Below are positions 24,860-37,339 of a stretch of 64,000 bases of DNA, piece after piece. The notes under the pieces were generated by a model. It was not told where the DNA came from. It saw only the letters and a list, made by a program, of their open reading frames with translations, and made no database searches. The translations under genes and the position numbers were made by a program. Every line of letters starts with the position of its first letter. Positions within the stretch are counted from its first letter, which is position 1. Source of the DNA: Eledone cirrhosa (taxonomy: Eukaryota); the NCBI GenBank assembly GCA_964016885.1, contig OZ024740.1:287494001-287558000 (forward strand), read 5' to 3'.

Positions 24860-25793
24860 TACGCCCCATACATAATAGTCCAGTGGATTGAGGTCTGGTG
24901 AGCTAAGAGGCCATGTGTCTGAAAGAATCTGGTCATGGAGATGGCATGCATCGATGCTTGTATTGTTCTGGCCTTATGAGAGGGCGTGGAGTCTTGTTGG
25001 AAGACAAATGGTCTTCTGTTGTTAACTCTGTCTATTCAGAGCTTCACAACTGTCTCCAACACCCCTTTCTAGACAGTAAGCCTTGAGAAAAAAATGAGGA
25101 GGCATGACATCTCCCTCGTTGCTGATGTCACCCCAAAACCATCAGAGTTGCTGAAAATTTGGTGTGCATGACTGTTGGATCTCGTCATAGCCATCTACCA
25201 TTCCTAAGGTTTAACTTTTGGTCCTGATCAAAGGTTTTCTGATCAGAAAAGAACCAAAGTATTCCAGCTTCCTGATGTTTTATTTTATTCAGTAAGCACT
25301 TTGAATGGATCAAATGATTTTCTTTTATCACATCCAACATAAACTGGCCTCTCCACATCGCATATGACTTCTATCAGAGGTCTTCATAGACAACTCTTCT
25401 GATGGTGCATTCTGAAATCTTAAAGTCCTTTGTGATGACTCTGATTGATATTCCTAGGGTTTCATAAATTAATTTTTGAACTTAGGCATTCTGATTCTAT
25501 TAGGACCTTGTACATGCATTTTGTGCTTGGCTGTTGATGTTAGATCCCTGTCAGCAGTTTCCATATTCTTTCTACCTTTGACGATGAAGGATCTGACAAC
25601 TTTCAAGAAGGAAGCTATTGCTGTATCACTATGTTGTGCTTTTAAGGCAACAATTACAGCGTACCTTTTCATTTGCCAAGTCAATTTAATGTCTTTCATT
25701 ATTTATCTGAAAAATTTATTAAAAAAATCAAATTATTAATAAGAAAGTTAGAGCTCAAGAAAGAGGTGTCCTAAAAAAACTAACACGCACTGT
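24860..25793 (-). pseudogene. Tc1/mariner-superfamily transposase relic, maT/DD37D type
   Basis: Minus strand gives PFVFQQDSTPSHKA and WPLSSPDLNPLDY, with 37 codons between the two Ds after one frameshift correction. N-terminal HTH-like ORF at 25469-25699. Terminus cactg|TA at ~25793. Confidence 0.75.
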
Positions 25794-28099
25794 ATATTCA
25801 CACACACACGGACACACATACACACACAGACACACTCACACACACTCACACACACTCACACACACTCACATACACACACACTTACATCCACACCCAAACA
25901 CCCAAACACATACACACACTCACATACACACAGACACACAGACACACTCACACACACATATATGTGTGTGTGCATGAATGTGTGTATAATCTATATATCT
26001 TCTATATATATAAAACAGAAGATGTCTGTCTGTCTGTGTAACTGCATGCATTTCTACATTTTACAACCGATTTGCACAAAAATTCATACATAGGTTTCTG
26101 AAGTCCTATTACGCGTTGTAGGCTATTTTATTTTTCCATACATCGCTTGGAGTCAGCAGTACTACTGCATAAAGGGCCTATAATTCCTGCAGTTTGCCTC
26201 CCATCTTCACCACAATTAATCTTTTGTTTGCTTATGACGTACAAATAAATTTGCAGGCATGCACTTGCGCAGAAATTCAGGTAGGGGACCCCTTGGGAAG
26301 GGGGGGGGAGCAGTAAATCGACTTGATGAATGTTGAAGTTGATATCATCAATGCAATAAAATGTCATAACTGCTTGAGTTGGTGTTTGGTTTTCACGAAG
26401 CGAGACGTATTGGTTACCCATGGCTTATAAAGGAAGGTGAACACATGAACTTTTACTTGAACTTATCAAGGAGTCCCGGGAGGGGGGGAGTAGTAAGCCC
26501 CTTTGACTTATCTATTGAAGTTCACATTAACACTGTATTAGTACCTGATAACTTTTGAAGTTTACGTTCGATTTTAACTTTACCAGATACATTGGTTACC
26601 CATTGCCTAAAGATGATGTTGAAAACACTGTCTATACCCAGAATAAGCAAGGGGACCCCCAGGGGGCAGTAAGCTCCGGTGAGTCATTTATTGTATTTGG
26701 CTATTGTAATGCAGCAAAGGGTCATAGTTTGATAATTGGTAGTCCAAAAAAATGAATTTCGACTTTGTTGTTATTCATGTACTACAGATGAAGATACAGT
26801 GAGGCACATTTACTTTCATTTCAATTCAGCAAGAGGACCCCTCGGGGACAATGAGCCCAATTCATTAACCTATAAAAGTTCAAACTACCACAATAAAAAA
26901 GCACCATAACTTCAGGAGTTTATACTTGATTCTTACAAAAACTAAACGAAATGGTTATTGCCTGCCATATGATAAAGCACCACACATTCGTTATCACTTG
27001 AATTTTGCAAGGGAACCCCCTAGGGAGGGCAGTGAGCCCCTTTGGACCACTTTTAAAGTTCATATTGTGGTCGCAGCAAAGCATTTCAACTTCTGGAAAT
27101 AAAAGTCAATTTAAACGAAAGTTGATGCATCGGTTACTCATGTCCTACAAATGGAGTAGGGAATTTTTAAATCCTCCTGACTTAACTTTAGTTTGTTTAG
27201 TTAACTTTAGGATGATTGAATTTAATTTTGTACCCGGTTGTCTCCCCCGTGTAATTGCACCACAATTAAGTGTGGAATGGGGAGTTAAATTTTTTTCCTT
27301 GAACTTTGGCGTCATTTCACACTCCTAACCAAGAAAGCGCGATTTAACCTAGGTGTAAATTTTAATGCCTACTGTATGTGGATTGTCCTATTTCACACTC
27401 ATGCCTAAACTGTGTGAATGATTGATTAGTTTTTGCACCCGGTTGTCTCCCCCGTTTAATTGCACCTCAATTAAGTGCGAAATGGCCAACCACACATCAG
27501 TGAGTTGTGTTGAATAGATTTCATCACACTTATTTGTATTATCTAACCAATGTTGTTCATTGAGTGAAATCACTCCTATTTATATCGGTCAAGTCCGACC
27601 TAGGATCACACTTCTTTTTTGGCTTTTGACAAGTGGTAGGTTTTTTTTTACATGCGTACTCTCATAAGCTACCCCATGTTTCTGAAATGCATGCTTCTTC
27701 AACATTTGTCACCTTAAAGGAGGCTTAGTTAATGTATTTATGGTCATAAAGTTCCAGTTTATCATGCTGTGATTTTTTGGCCATTTTTGCCTGTATCATT
27801 TCAATGGTTAGTATTTACTTATTGCTATGTTTAAACTGAACAAACATACTGACACTTATATACCTACCACTGTAGCCACACTATTTAATTTCCTTTATCA
27901 CAAGTAGTCCATACGCTGCATTGCTCCTAACTTAAAACCTGAAATTTGACTGGTACACAAAATCTAGCAAAACATACCCACTTTCTCAGATCACATAGAT
28001 TTATCACATTTTCCACAATTTATATCCGGTTTAGATTTGCTTACATAAACGTTATTTGTCCACTATTTATCGTTCTCCTTGGTTAATTTTCTAAAAGCA

Positions 28100-29165
28100 A
28101 TGCTTCCCAAGAAAAGAACTTTCATTGGTCGATTATCTAATGATGCAAGTAGGTCTAAGCGAAGGCGTCTCACCGAAGATGTAAATGTGACTGCGATCAG
28201 GCTCTCACAGAATGCTATGCAGACGGCAGCTACAAGAGTGGAGGAAGATGACAGTCGGCGTGAACTTCGACGGAACAAAGATGCTGCTGCGACTGCTGCT
28301 GCTCGCGCTCGAGAGGATGAAGGATGACGTGCCGTTCGACGAAGCAGAGACGCTGCTGCCACTGCTGCTGCACGAAATACTGACACCATAGAGCAGCAAC
28401 GTAGCCGACTTCTGCAAAGTGAACAGCAGCAATCATCGTTACGTGGCATTTCTAGGACTTGCAATTCACAATGGTTGTTGAAGGCCTTTAACAACGACCC
28501 CTCCTCCGACTATGCTGTCCATGCAGATATTCAAATTGGGGAAATGACCTCTACTTGCCAATTTTGTCAGGAGAGAGAGATGGAATGTTCTGTTCAAACA
28601 GTAAAGTTAGACTACCTCCTATTCACGACCCTCCAGAGACATTGCAACTCCTTTTGACAGACACGACGGAGGAATCATCGAAGTTTCTGCGTAATATCCG
28701 CCGCTACAATTCCGCGTTTCAGATGACATTCTTCAGAGTAAAACTTGCCTTGGAACGTGGGTTCATGCCAACTTTCAAGGTCCAGAGGCAGATCTACCAC
28801 TTGATTGGGTCTATTCAGCCTCTGGCAGAAAAGGAGCCTCAATTTCTTCAGTTGTACTTCGTTGGAAACTATCAGGAGCAGGCAGAGATGCGAAACTCTA
28901 TTTCGTCCGAAACTAACATTGGAACCATAATAAAACTTCAAGAAATGTTTCATGACAAAAACAGCTATGTTCACAGTTTCAAGTACGCTTTGGAAATAGC
29001 CACCGACCCAAACTTTAGTGTGGTCATACATGCTGACCGAAGACCATCTGGAGAACATGCTGGTCGGTTCAACGCACCAGCATGTAATGAGATTGCTGCG
29101 GTTATTTGTGGTGAACAGCACAAGAGAGATATCATTCTAAAGCACCGAGACAGCACCTATAAATT
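28100..29165 (+). pseudogene. Helitron RepHel N-terminal fragment (23-aa repeats, zinc-finger-like region, Rep N-terminal motifs)
   Basis: MLPKKRTFIGR..., 23-aa DAAATAAAR repeats, IGEMTSTCQFC, FLRNIRRYNSAFQMT, FKVQRQIYHLIGS, PQFLQLYF, HAGRFNAP..NEIA. Has a stop and frameshifts. Confidence 0.85.
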
Positions 29166-29172
29166 GTTACTT

Positions 29173-29555
29173 CATGGCTCAGTGGTTAGAGCATTGGCCT
29201 TGCAATCGAAAGGTTGTGAGTTCAATTCTCAGACCGGGAGATGTGTTGTTTCCTTGAGCAAGACACTTTATTTCACATTGCTCCAGTTTACTCAGCTGTA
29301 GAAATGAGATGATAGGGACTGGGATCCCTATCATTCTACTGCAAAGTGGTCGTGGAGGTGCCACAAAAAAAAAAAAAAACCCAGCCCACACTGTAAAGTG
29401 TAGGCGCCACGGAAAAAAGCACCCAGCACTCACTGTAAATGAGGTTGGTGTTAGGAAGGGCATCCAGCTGTAGAAATCAAGCCAGAATCAGCTCTCGTCC
29501 CACCCTTGCAAGCAGGGAAAAACGGACGTAAAATGATGATCATGATGACGATGAT
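29173..29555 (+). mobile_element. SINE family A (tRNA head + CORE-like domain + RTE-derived tail) inserted in the Helitron
   Basis: A-box tggctcagtggtt, B-box gagttcaattc, CORE-like ccttgagcaagacacttt...ctcagctgtagaaatgag, tail shared with RTE 41340-41555, (TGA)n end. Confidence 0.85.
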
Positions 29556-30179
29556 AGTCATGTTTAACGGAAGTTTTTCGGTTCATTTGAACGACTACTC
29601 CATTGACAGTTATACCGGGCAACGCCGGGTACCTCTGCTAGTTATTTATCCAGAAACATACACACACACATGTGTTTGTGTGTGTGTATTGTAAAGAATC
29701 CTTATAGAATCATGTCAAGTGAACTTTAAGCACAATAATAAAATGATATTCAGAAGCCATACACAATCACACACACATGTAGAGTTATACCTATGCACAC
29801 ACACACACACACATACAAAGCCCCACATATATATATATATATATATAGACATACACAAAGAAATACAACATCTCACATATATATACACACGCACACACTA
29901 TCAAACATTATCCAACACAGAGAAGGAAGCCATAAAACTACAGTTTCACTCAACGTATATACACAAACACACACACAAACATGAGAATAACAAAAATAAT
30001 TTTAATTTATATATATGTATGTATGCATGTATGTATGTATGTATTATGGTCCAACACTTGCTAGCAGAAAAACAGCCATTAAATAATTATATATATATAT
30101 ATATATACATATATACATATATATATATATAATTGGTGATTCTCTTTTTTCTGTGATATATATATATATATATATATAT

Positions 30180-30523
30180 CATTCATTTCATTTCATTTCA
30201 TTTTACGTCCGCTTTTCCCTAATTGCAAGGGTGGGACGGGAACTGATGCTGGCTTGATTTCTACAGCTGGATGCCCTTCCTAACACCAACCTCATTTACA
30301 GTGAGTGCTGGGTGCTTTTTTGCCGTGGCACTTCCACGACCACTTTGCAGTGGAATGATATGGACCCCAGTCCCTATCATCTCATTTCTACAGCTGAGTA
30401 AACTGGAGCAATGTGAATTAAAGTGTCTTGCTCAAGGAAACAACACATCACCCGGTCTGAGAATTGAACTCACAACCTTTCGATTGCAAGGCCAATGCTC
30501 TAACCACTAAGCCATGTGCCTCC
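30180..30523 (-). mobile_element. SINE family A, full length
   Basis: Reverse complement of 29173-29555 apart from an internal block. Flanked by (TA)n. Confidence 0.85.
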
Positions 30524-30589
30524 ATATATATATATATGTGTGTGGTGTGTGTGTGTGTATATATATATATATATGTATATATATATGTA

Positions 30590-30697
<108 letters not shown>

Positions 30698-31165
30698 CAG
30701 ACATACCTCTACATATAAATAAATATATTGTAATTTTTTTAGATTTATTCATCAAATAATTATTTGTCAAACTGAAGCCAGCATAAAAGAGAGATTTCAG
30801 AGATTATTTCCATTGCTATGTTGTTTTCCTTCTGTCTGATTAGGTAGGTAAGCCCCAAAACTGGGACAGTAACAAGTACTGATAATATATTTGTAGGATG
30901 TGAAGTGAGTGTACAGTGATGATGGCATCTTTGTTGTTGAAGCCTTTCTGTGACCAGGATTGAGATTAAGAAGTTGTTGGAAGGTTGAGGTTAAGGTTAA
31001 AGATTCTGTTGGTAGGACTTTTGATATCAAAACAGAGCAGCATAACATTACAGAACAGTTTCTTTTTTTTTTTTTTTTGGTAGGGAGGGAGATTATATAT
31101 CACCAGTATGGAATTCTGTGTTTGTGGGCATGTAAATGTATGTGTATACACAAACACACATACGC

Positions 31166-31270
<105 letters not shown>

Positions 31271-31343
31271 CATACATATGAGTGTGTCTCTCTATATGTA
31301 TGGGACATGTTGATATACATGTATGTGAATGTTTGTGTGCGTT

Positions 31344-31374
<31 letters not shown>

Positions 31375-31510
31375 ATGTATATGTACACACACATATATAT
31401 GTGTGTGTGTGTTTGTGTGTGTGTATACATATAAATATAAATAAGGAAAGCCAACATTAAAACGATGATGATGATATATATATATGAGCTAATCCTTCCG
31501 AGTCAGGGTT

Positions 31511-32325
31511 TCCTTCCACTGTACCTCCTTCAGTCTTGTCTATGGTATCCATTTGCATTACATTGGACAAACCAGTCATTGATTAGCAGGCAGGTTCGCT
31601 AAGCATCTTTGTGACATCTGGCTTGGCAACCATTCTCCAACCGCCTGACATTTCCCCTCCACTGGATGTACCACTCACCACCTCACTGTTTTCAGCCATG
31701 TTACTTTCTCCAGCACCCTAAACTTACACCTGAGAACAGAGAAGCGGATTATTTTTTTCTCTCTAGACCTGGAATGGGAATGGCCTTAACTCCCCCCACC
31801 CCTCTTCTTTTAACCTTTCCCATCACACACCTCCCACCCACACTCACAGAAACACTATTACTTCACCAGTACACCCACTCAGATGCACACATCGACACAC
31901 TAACACGCATAGATACCAAAAACACACACCAACACAACTAATTAATTAGTTACCAATACTACCATGATACACATTTAATAATATTAACATTACTAATTAA
32001 CTAATCAATCATACCAACACACATGCACTACCCTCAACACCCACTAACACACGTACATGGACACACCAATGCAATCATAGACAACTACACATATTTTACT
32101 GTTCTTAACACTACTAATTAACTAACTAACTATACTAACACACCCAATCATACTACATGGCCTACTCAAACTCTGATGTTCCCATTTTTTCTCTCTGTCC
32201 AAACTCACCATTTCCAGAAGAAGGACTTATGTCCGAAACGTCAAACCTTCTACTTCCTCCTTAGCATGATACTAATAAGACTTTCTCTTTTTCCATCTCT
32301 GTGTTTGTCTTGTCATTTATATAAT
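31511..32325 (+). pseudogene. Penelope-like element 3' relic: GIY-YIG endonuclease, 3'UTR and degenerate hammerhead (32211-32245)
   Basis: Frame from 31511 gives SFHCTSFSLVYGIHLHYIGQTSH*LAGRFAKHL...PTA*HF. Downstream motif CaGAAGA-a-GGAC ttat GTCC-GAAA-CGTC. Ends in TA repeats. Confidence 0.75.
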
Positions 32326-32334
32326 TATATATAT

Positions 32335-33465
32335 CATCACTGGCTGCTAAGTCTCGGGAGACCATGCTTAATGTGCCTGGAGTTATGGCTAGTCTCTGAC
32401 ATCGTCTGCTGTAATTGTGCAGACCAATGCATGAGTAACAGTCTTTGTTGCACTTGGTGCAGTATATGTAGAATCCTGGGTCGTAGGCATGTCTGTGATG
32501 TGCTTTTTTCAGTCCCTCTTTTCTGCTGCAAGTTGATGTTTTTTTGTATCTGCATTTGCAATGCCTTTGTGGAGAGTCTGACACTTGGCATTGCGGTCCC
32601 TAACAAGTCTCGCCCAGCTGGAAGAATGGATGTTGCAAGCTTTCATGTCTATCTTGCATGTATCCCTGAAACAAAGCGATAAGTGACCCACTCACCTGGT
32701 ACCAGTGGCCAGCTGTCCGTACAGTATGTCTTTTGGGAACCTCCCATCCTCCATACGCCAAATATGTCCTAGCCAACAAAGACAGTGCTGGCTCAGCAGG
32801 GAATACATGCTGGGAATCCTGGCATATTGTAGGATGTCATTGCGTGGGATATGGTCCTGCCAGGTGATTCCGAGAAAGTGTTTAAGACACTGTATGTGGA
32901 AGGCATTGAGCCGATGTTCTTGCCTCATGTAGATGCTGCAGGCTTCACTTCTGTAGAGTAAAGTGTTAAGCACACAGGCCTGGTAGACTCAAATCTTTGT
33001 GCGTTCTGTCAGTGCTCTGTTCTCCCACACCCTCTTAATCAGTTTAGCCATGATGGTGTTTGACTTCCCAAGCCACCTGTCAAGTACAGTATTGAGTGAA
33101 AGGGTGTTGCTGATTGTAGAGCCCAGGTAGGTGAAGATTTCCGCAGATTCCAGGGTGACATTGTCGATTTTGATTTTGATTGAGGTGGCTATATTCACAT
33201 CCGTTGAACTGATGTTGGTCTTCTTCAGGCTTATACTAAGCCTGAACTGCTTGCAAGCATCAGCAAAGTGATCACCCAGTCTCTGGAGATATTCCTCAGA
33301 ATGAGCCACAAAGGCCGCCTCATCAGCAAAAATCATTTCCTTGATGAGCACTCTCCTCACTTTAATCTCCGAGTGAAGCCGTGATAGATTAAAGAGCTTC
33401 CTGTCTGATCTGGTGTGCAGGTAGATGCCATCATTGGACGTGTCAAAGGCATAGGACTGGAGCCA
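32335..33465 (-). pseudogene. RTE/BovB-like LINE 3' part (RT domain 5 to C-terminal zinc finger)
   Basis: EMIFADEAAFVAHSEEYLQRL, FTYLGSTIS, LLYRSEA, WLGHIWRMEDGRFPKDILYGQL, CTKCNKDCYSCIGLHNY. Confidence 0.85.
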
Positions 33466-33844
33466 ATTATATATATTTATCTCTCTCTTTCTCTACCTCT
33501 GTATATATATTTAATACATGTTAGTGGTGGGTACTCACACATTATGGAACTAGTAGTTTCATAGTTAAAGTTACACATCTATATATTTTTCATATATGTC
33601 CCAGCCGCAATAACTAATCATCAGCCTTGCAAGTGGGACACAGAGCTTCATGTATATATAAAAAATATATATAGATGTGTACCATTAAAAGAGCAAACTA
33701 TGAAACTACTAGTTCCTTGTAGTCCAACTACTATTCACCTATTCACACCCCAACTCATATATTAAATATTCAAATTAACTTTGTTTACAAATAAAAGGCT
33801 CATTCTTTCATAATAAGAAATCATACTTAAATAACAGCAGGTAT

Positions 33845-33864
33845 AGCTGCGTGTGTGTGTGTGT

Positions 33865-33961
<97 letters not shown>

Positions 33962-34016
33962 GAGACATACAGAGAGAGAGACATACAGAGAGAGAGAGAG
34001 AGAGATAGAGAGAGAG
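33845..34016. repeat. (GT)n/(AG)n microsatellite
   Basis: Directly visible. Confidence 0.9.
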
Positions 34017-34338
34017 TAATGTGATGTATCTGGTGCAGTGCTGCTTCCAACTGGTTTGCTTACAGTTTGTTGGCACTGGCTATCCCACATGAAGTGAACT
34101 GGAAAGCAATCTATTGCATGAGTTTTCTCTGACAATACCTAGCCTCTTACTAACCATGACTTCTTCCAGGCCTCTCCGTAGAAACTGAGTGCTTTTTAGA
34201 TCAGAAATATAATCTGTAAGCCCATTCCAGTGGATATGGCTTGCCATTTAACAATCCCTACCTAGAGGATGAATCCATTATCACCACCATCATCATCATC
34301 ATCATCATGGAAGAATAAGCTGTTGTGCTAAGCTTTAA

Positions 34339-34639
34339 CGTTATAGCATTTAAACTGGCCATATCCGGCCAGAATTCTCTCACCTCTCTTTGTTCAAACC
34401 AGCCATAACTGGCCACTCGTACCGACATTAAGGTATCATTCTCAAAATAAATAATTGTTTCTACTTTAGGCACAAGGCCAGCAATTACCTAGTGCATTAC
34501 TGGTACTTTATTTTATCGACCCCGTAAGGATGAAAGTCAAAATTTCATATATTCAATATTGTGTGAGATAATTATGTGAGATAAAACCTTTACTGTGAAA
34601 ATATAATAGTAAATATAGGGTAATGTAGATGCTAATGGG
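34339..34639 (-). mobile_element. piggyBac-type MITE carrying a SINE B fragment (~34452-34537)
   Basis: TTAA at 34335-34338 and 34640-34643. Reverse-orientation homologue of 12128-12339. Confidence 0.75.
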
Positions 34640-34959
34640 TTAAGACAGTTTCCAAAAGACTGCATTTCTGGCAGCCTCCTGCACCTGAAGAAAGATATCA
34701 GTTGTCTTGTTTCCCTTGCCACTGGATCTATCTCCTTCACAGTGAAGATAGCAATGCTGGGAAATGTGCACCTCCAATGTCACTATAAAACTTCATTATA
34801 CAAGTATCTTTTTCTGAAACATGGATTTTGGACTTGGCATCGCTAAAAAAGTTTGGCAATAAAGAGTAGGTGTGATTGTACTGGAACCTTCTAGTCAGAA
34901 CTCTACATATCAGCAGCATGAAGCAGTGGTTGTTTCTCTTGTTGGGGTTGAATGGGAAC

Positions 34960-35225
34960 TGTCCTCAGTAGCTCTATCTAGGGACAATACAGCTCGTCCT
35001 AGCTGATGAAGGTTCTTAGACATTTCTTTGGATGGGCTACTCCAAGAATGGACATCAATAACATGGAATTGGCTTTACTGTGAGAAATATGTTGTTTAAA
35101 CTGACTGAAACACTAGTTGGCATGAAAGAAAGGCTAATGTCACTTCATCTTTCTCTTGGTATTGAGTGTCTATGCACCGACTCTGCCATCTAAAGGAGTC
35201 AGGACAAAACTACTTCTATATGAGG
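34960..35225 (+). pseudogene. Very degraded RTE/BovB-type APE endonuclease fragment
   Basis: Reads LADEGS*TFLWMG...HGIGFTVRN and LSVYAPTL. Confidence 0.45.
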
Positions 35226-36693
35226 TTAAGAGACTGACACCACTAAACTATTCTAACAATTATTCATCTAAAACATATATAAACATAGCAGTGCTCCAGC
35301 CAGGCCATAGTCCAATGGCTGAGACCAGTTAAAGAATATATAAAAGTAATTTGTTGCAAACTATGAATATTTCTTTCCATCAACTCATCAGAAATATAAC
35401 ATCTGTACATTTACATTTTTGTACAAACATGATCTACCAACAAAGGAGTTTCTACATTGTTGCTTGACTTGCTGGAAATAGTAACCAAGTTTCCTCAAAT
35501 AACAACCTCTAATCTTAAAAGAAAGGAGCTGACACATTAGACAATGTAGACTTAGATTCGCATAAAAATTGTCTTTTATCATAGGTCTGTTTGATCAGGG
35601 TTGATCTGGAACTAAACAACAAATAACATGACCTACATCTTGTTTAATCTAGTTGTATCTTGTGCTCATTTCCCTTTATCTACGATTTACCTAACTTGGT
35701 TTATTAGTAATTTCCCTTCTATAGTGTAACTCTTTTCCTTTAGCAACAGCTTGCAATACAATGTAATGCTGCTACTTGTGCAACTGTTGCTACACCAGTC
35801 ATCAGAGATAAGACATTCAAGCAACTTAAATAAGTGGGAGACATATACTATCACCCTTACAGTTGCTGTACCGGACATCAGAGTTAACATGTTCTTTCAT
35901 AATCTAATTAACTAAGCAAGTGACTAATGTAACAAGCCACCTTATCACCCTCAATATCTCAATAACTATTTGTGTAGCCATCATGTCCTTAACCATCATG
36001 TCCTTAACTGTTGTGTTTATCATATCATTACACATCTTTAGTACAATGTCTCCCTTTGTTGAGCAACATACTAAAAGGAACTGCAAAGTTTTTTTAGCAG
36101 TGTGATTTAAGCAGCATTATAGTGAAATAAATGTAGTAGATTAGACTAAAGAATGTAAATTACCATCTATTGCACTGATACAATCCATCTGGCAGGTCCC
36201 CAAAGCAGTTCCTGTCAGCCCAATTTCATTCACAAACCTTGGATCAACTCAAGGCTATGCTAAAAGTCACTTATTCAAAATGATATGCAGTGGAATAATC
36301 CCACCATACCAGCTGAAATACCTTTGATCATTGGATTTCTGAATCAGGATCAGATTGGGCTAAGCAACAACAAAACAACATCTCTTCATAATCATTGATG
36401 CCTTTTCTCTTTCACTGTCACAGTGGTTAATTATACCTGTAAGGTTTTCTATATTGGTAGAATTTTGATTCATCTAGTTTCATTATCATACAATTCAATA
36501 TATTTCACGCTTTTCATCCTATTAGCACTTCATTTACTCTCCACTTTTATCTCAGCTAAACATGCCCAATATTTAATATTCAGCTATCCTTCTCTATAAA
36601 GTGTTTTATCTTCATTTTTTCACTCATAAACATACCACCAAAATGTTATACCATCTAAATTTTCCATTGGTTTCCTATTTCACATTTCTGTAA

Positions 36694-37010
36694 AGGTGCA
36701 AGGCTTAGTGGTTAGGGTGTTTGACCTACAGTCTTATATCACGAGTTTGATTCCCGATGATGTGTTGTGTCTTTGAGCTAGATGCTTTATTTCACATTGC
36801 TCCAGTCCAATCAACTGGAATAAATGAGTTGTACCTGTAATTCAAAGGGCCAGCCTTATCACAGAATGTCATGCTGAATCTCACAAAGAACTACATAAAG
36901 GGTGCATGTGTCTATGGAATGCTCCACTACATGCACATTAATTTCACAAGGAAGCTGTTCTGCTGTTTAAACAGCTAGAATACTCATCGTTGAAACCGAC
37001 AGAGGTCCAG
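36694..37010 (+). mobile_element. Older tRNA/CORE-like SINE
   Basis: ggcttagtggttagggtg...gagtttgattcc...tttatttcacattgctccagt. Related heads at ~44949-45075 (+) and ~57230-57335 (-). Confidence 0.6.
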
Positions 37011-37339
37011 CAACAAAAAATAAACCTCGGACTGCTGTTCTAATCAATTGATTTTTAATAATCTGTTATAACATCACATATATTAACCTACTGATATTTT
37101 ATCTTTTTCAGTACCTAACAACCACTAACTCTCTACAAAGTTGTGCATGATCAGCAAGCAGTTGTGAAGATCAGAGTAGCAACAGAGAGTAATCTCAGTA
37201 ATATAATAAAGATATATCTTATACTCTACTTTGATGTTGTACGGTTTGGATTTACAAACACGAGGTAAACAGTTCACCATCAAAGTAGAGTATAAAATAT
37301 ATATTTATTTTATTACTGAGATTGCTCTCTGTATATGTA

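Larger units (their letters stand above)
25990..29641 (+). mobile_element. Non-autonomous Helitron (internally deleted)
   Basis: 5' a|TCtatatat...aaaacagaagatgtctgtctg. 3' hairpin accgggcaacgccgggt (29614-29630), then CTAG|t (29638-29641). Carries a Rep/helicase N-terminal relic and internal ~180-200-bp subrepeats. Confidence 0.75.

Noticed and set aside
29173-29245. tRNA gene
   Set aside because: Only A/B boxes of a SINE head, continuing into CORE-like and RTE-derived sequence. No full cloverleaf.
35687-37200. Possible host exons (splice-like sites near 35690 and 37110; also 56584)
   Set aside because: Frames tested by eye from the candidate acceptors near 35900 and 37110 hit stops and show no recognisable protein. 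The site at 56584 has only an acceptor-like motif.
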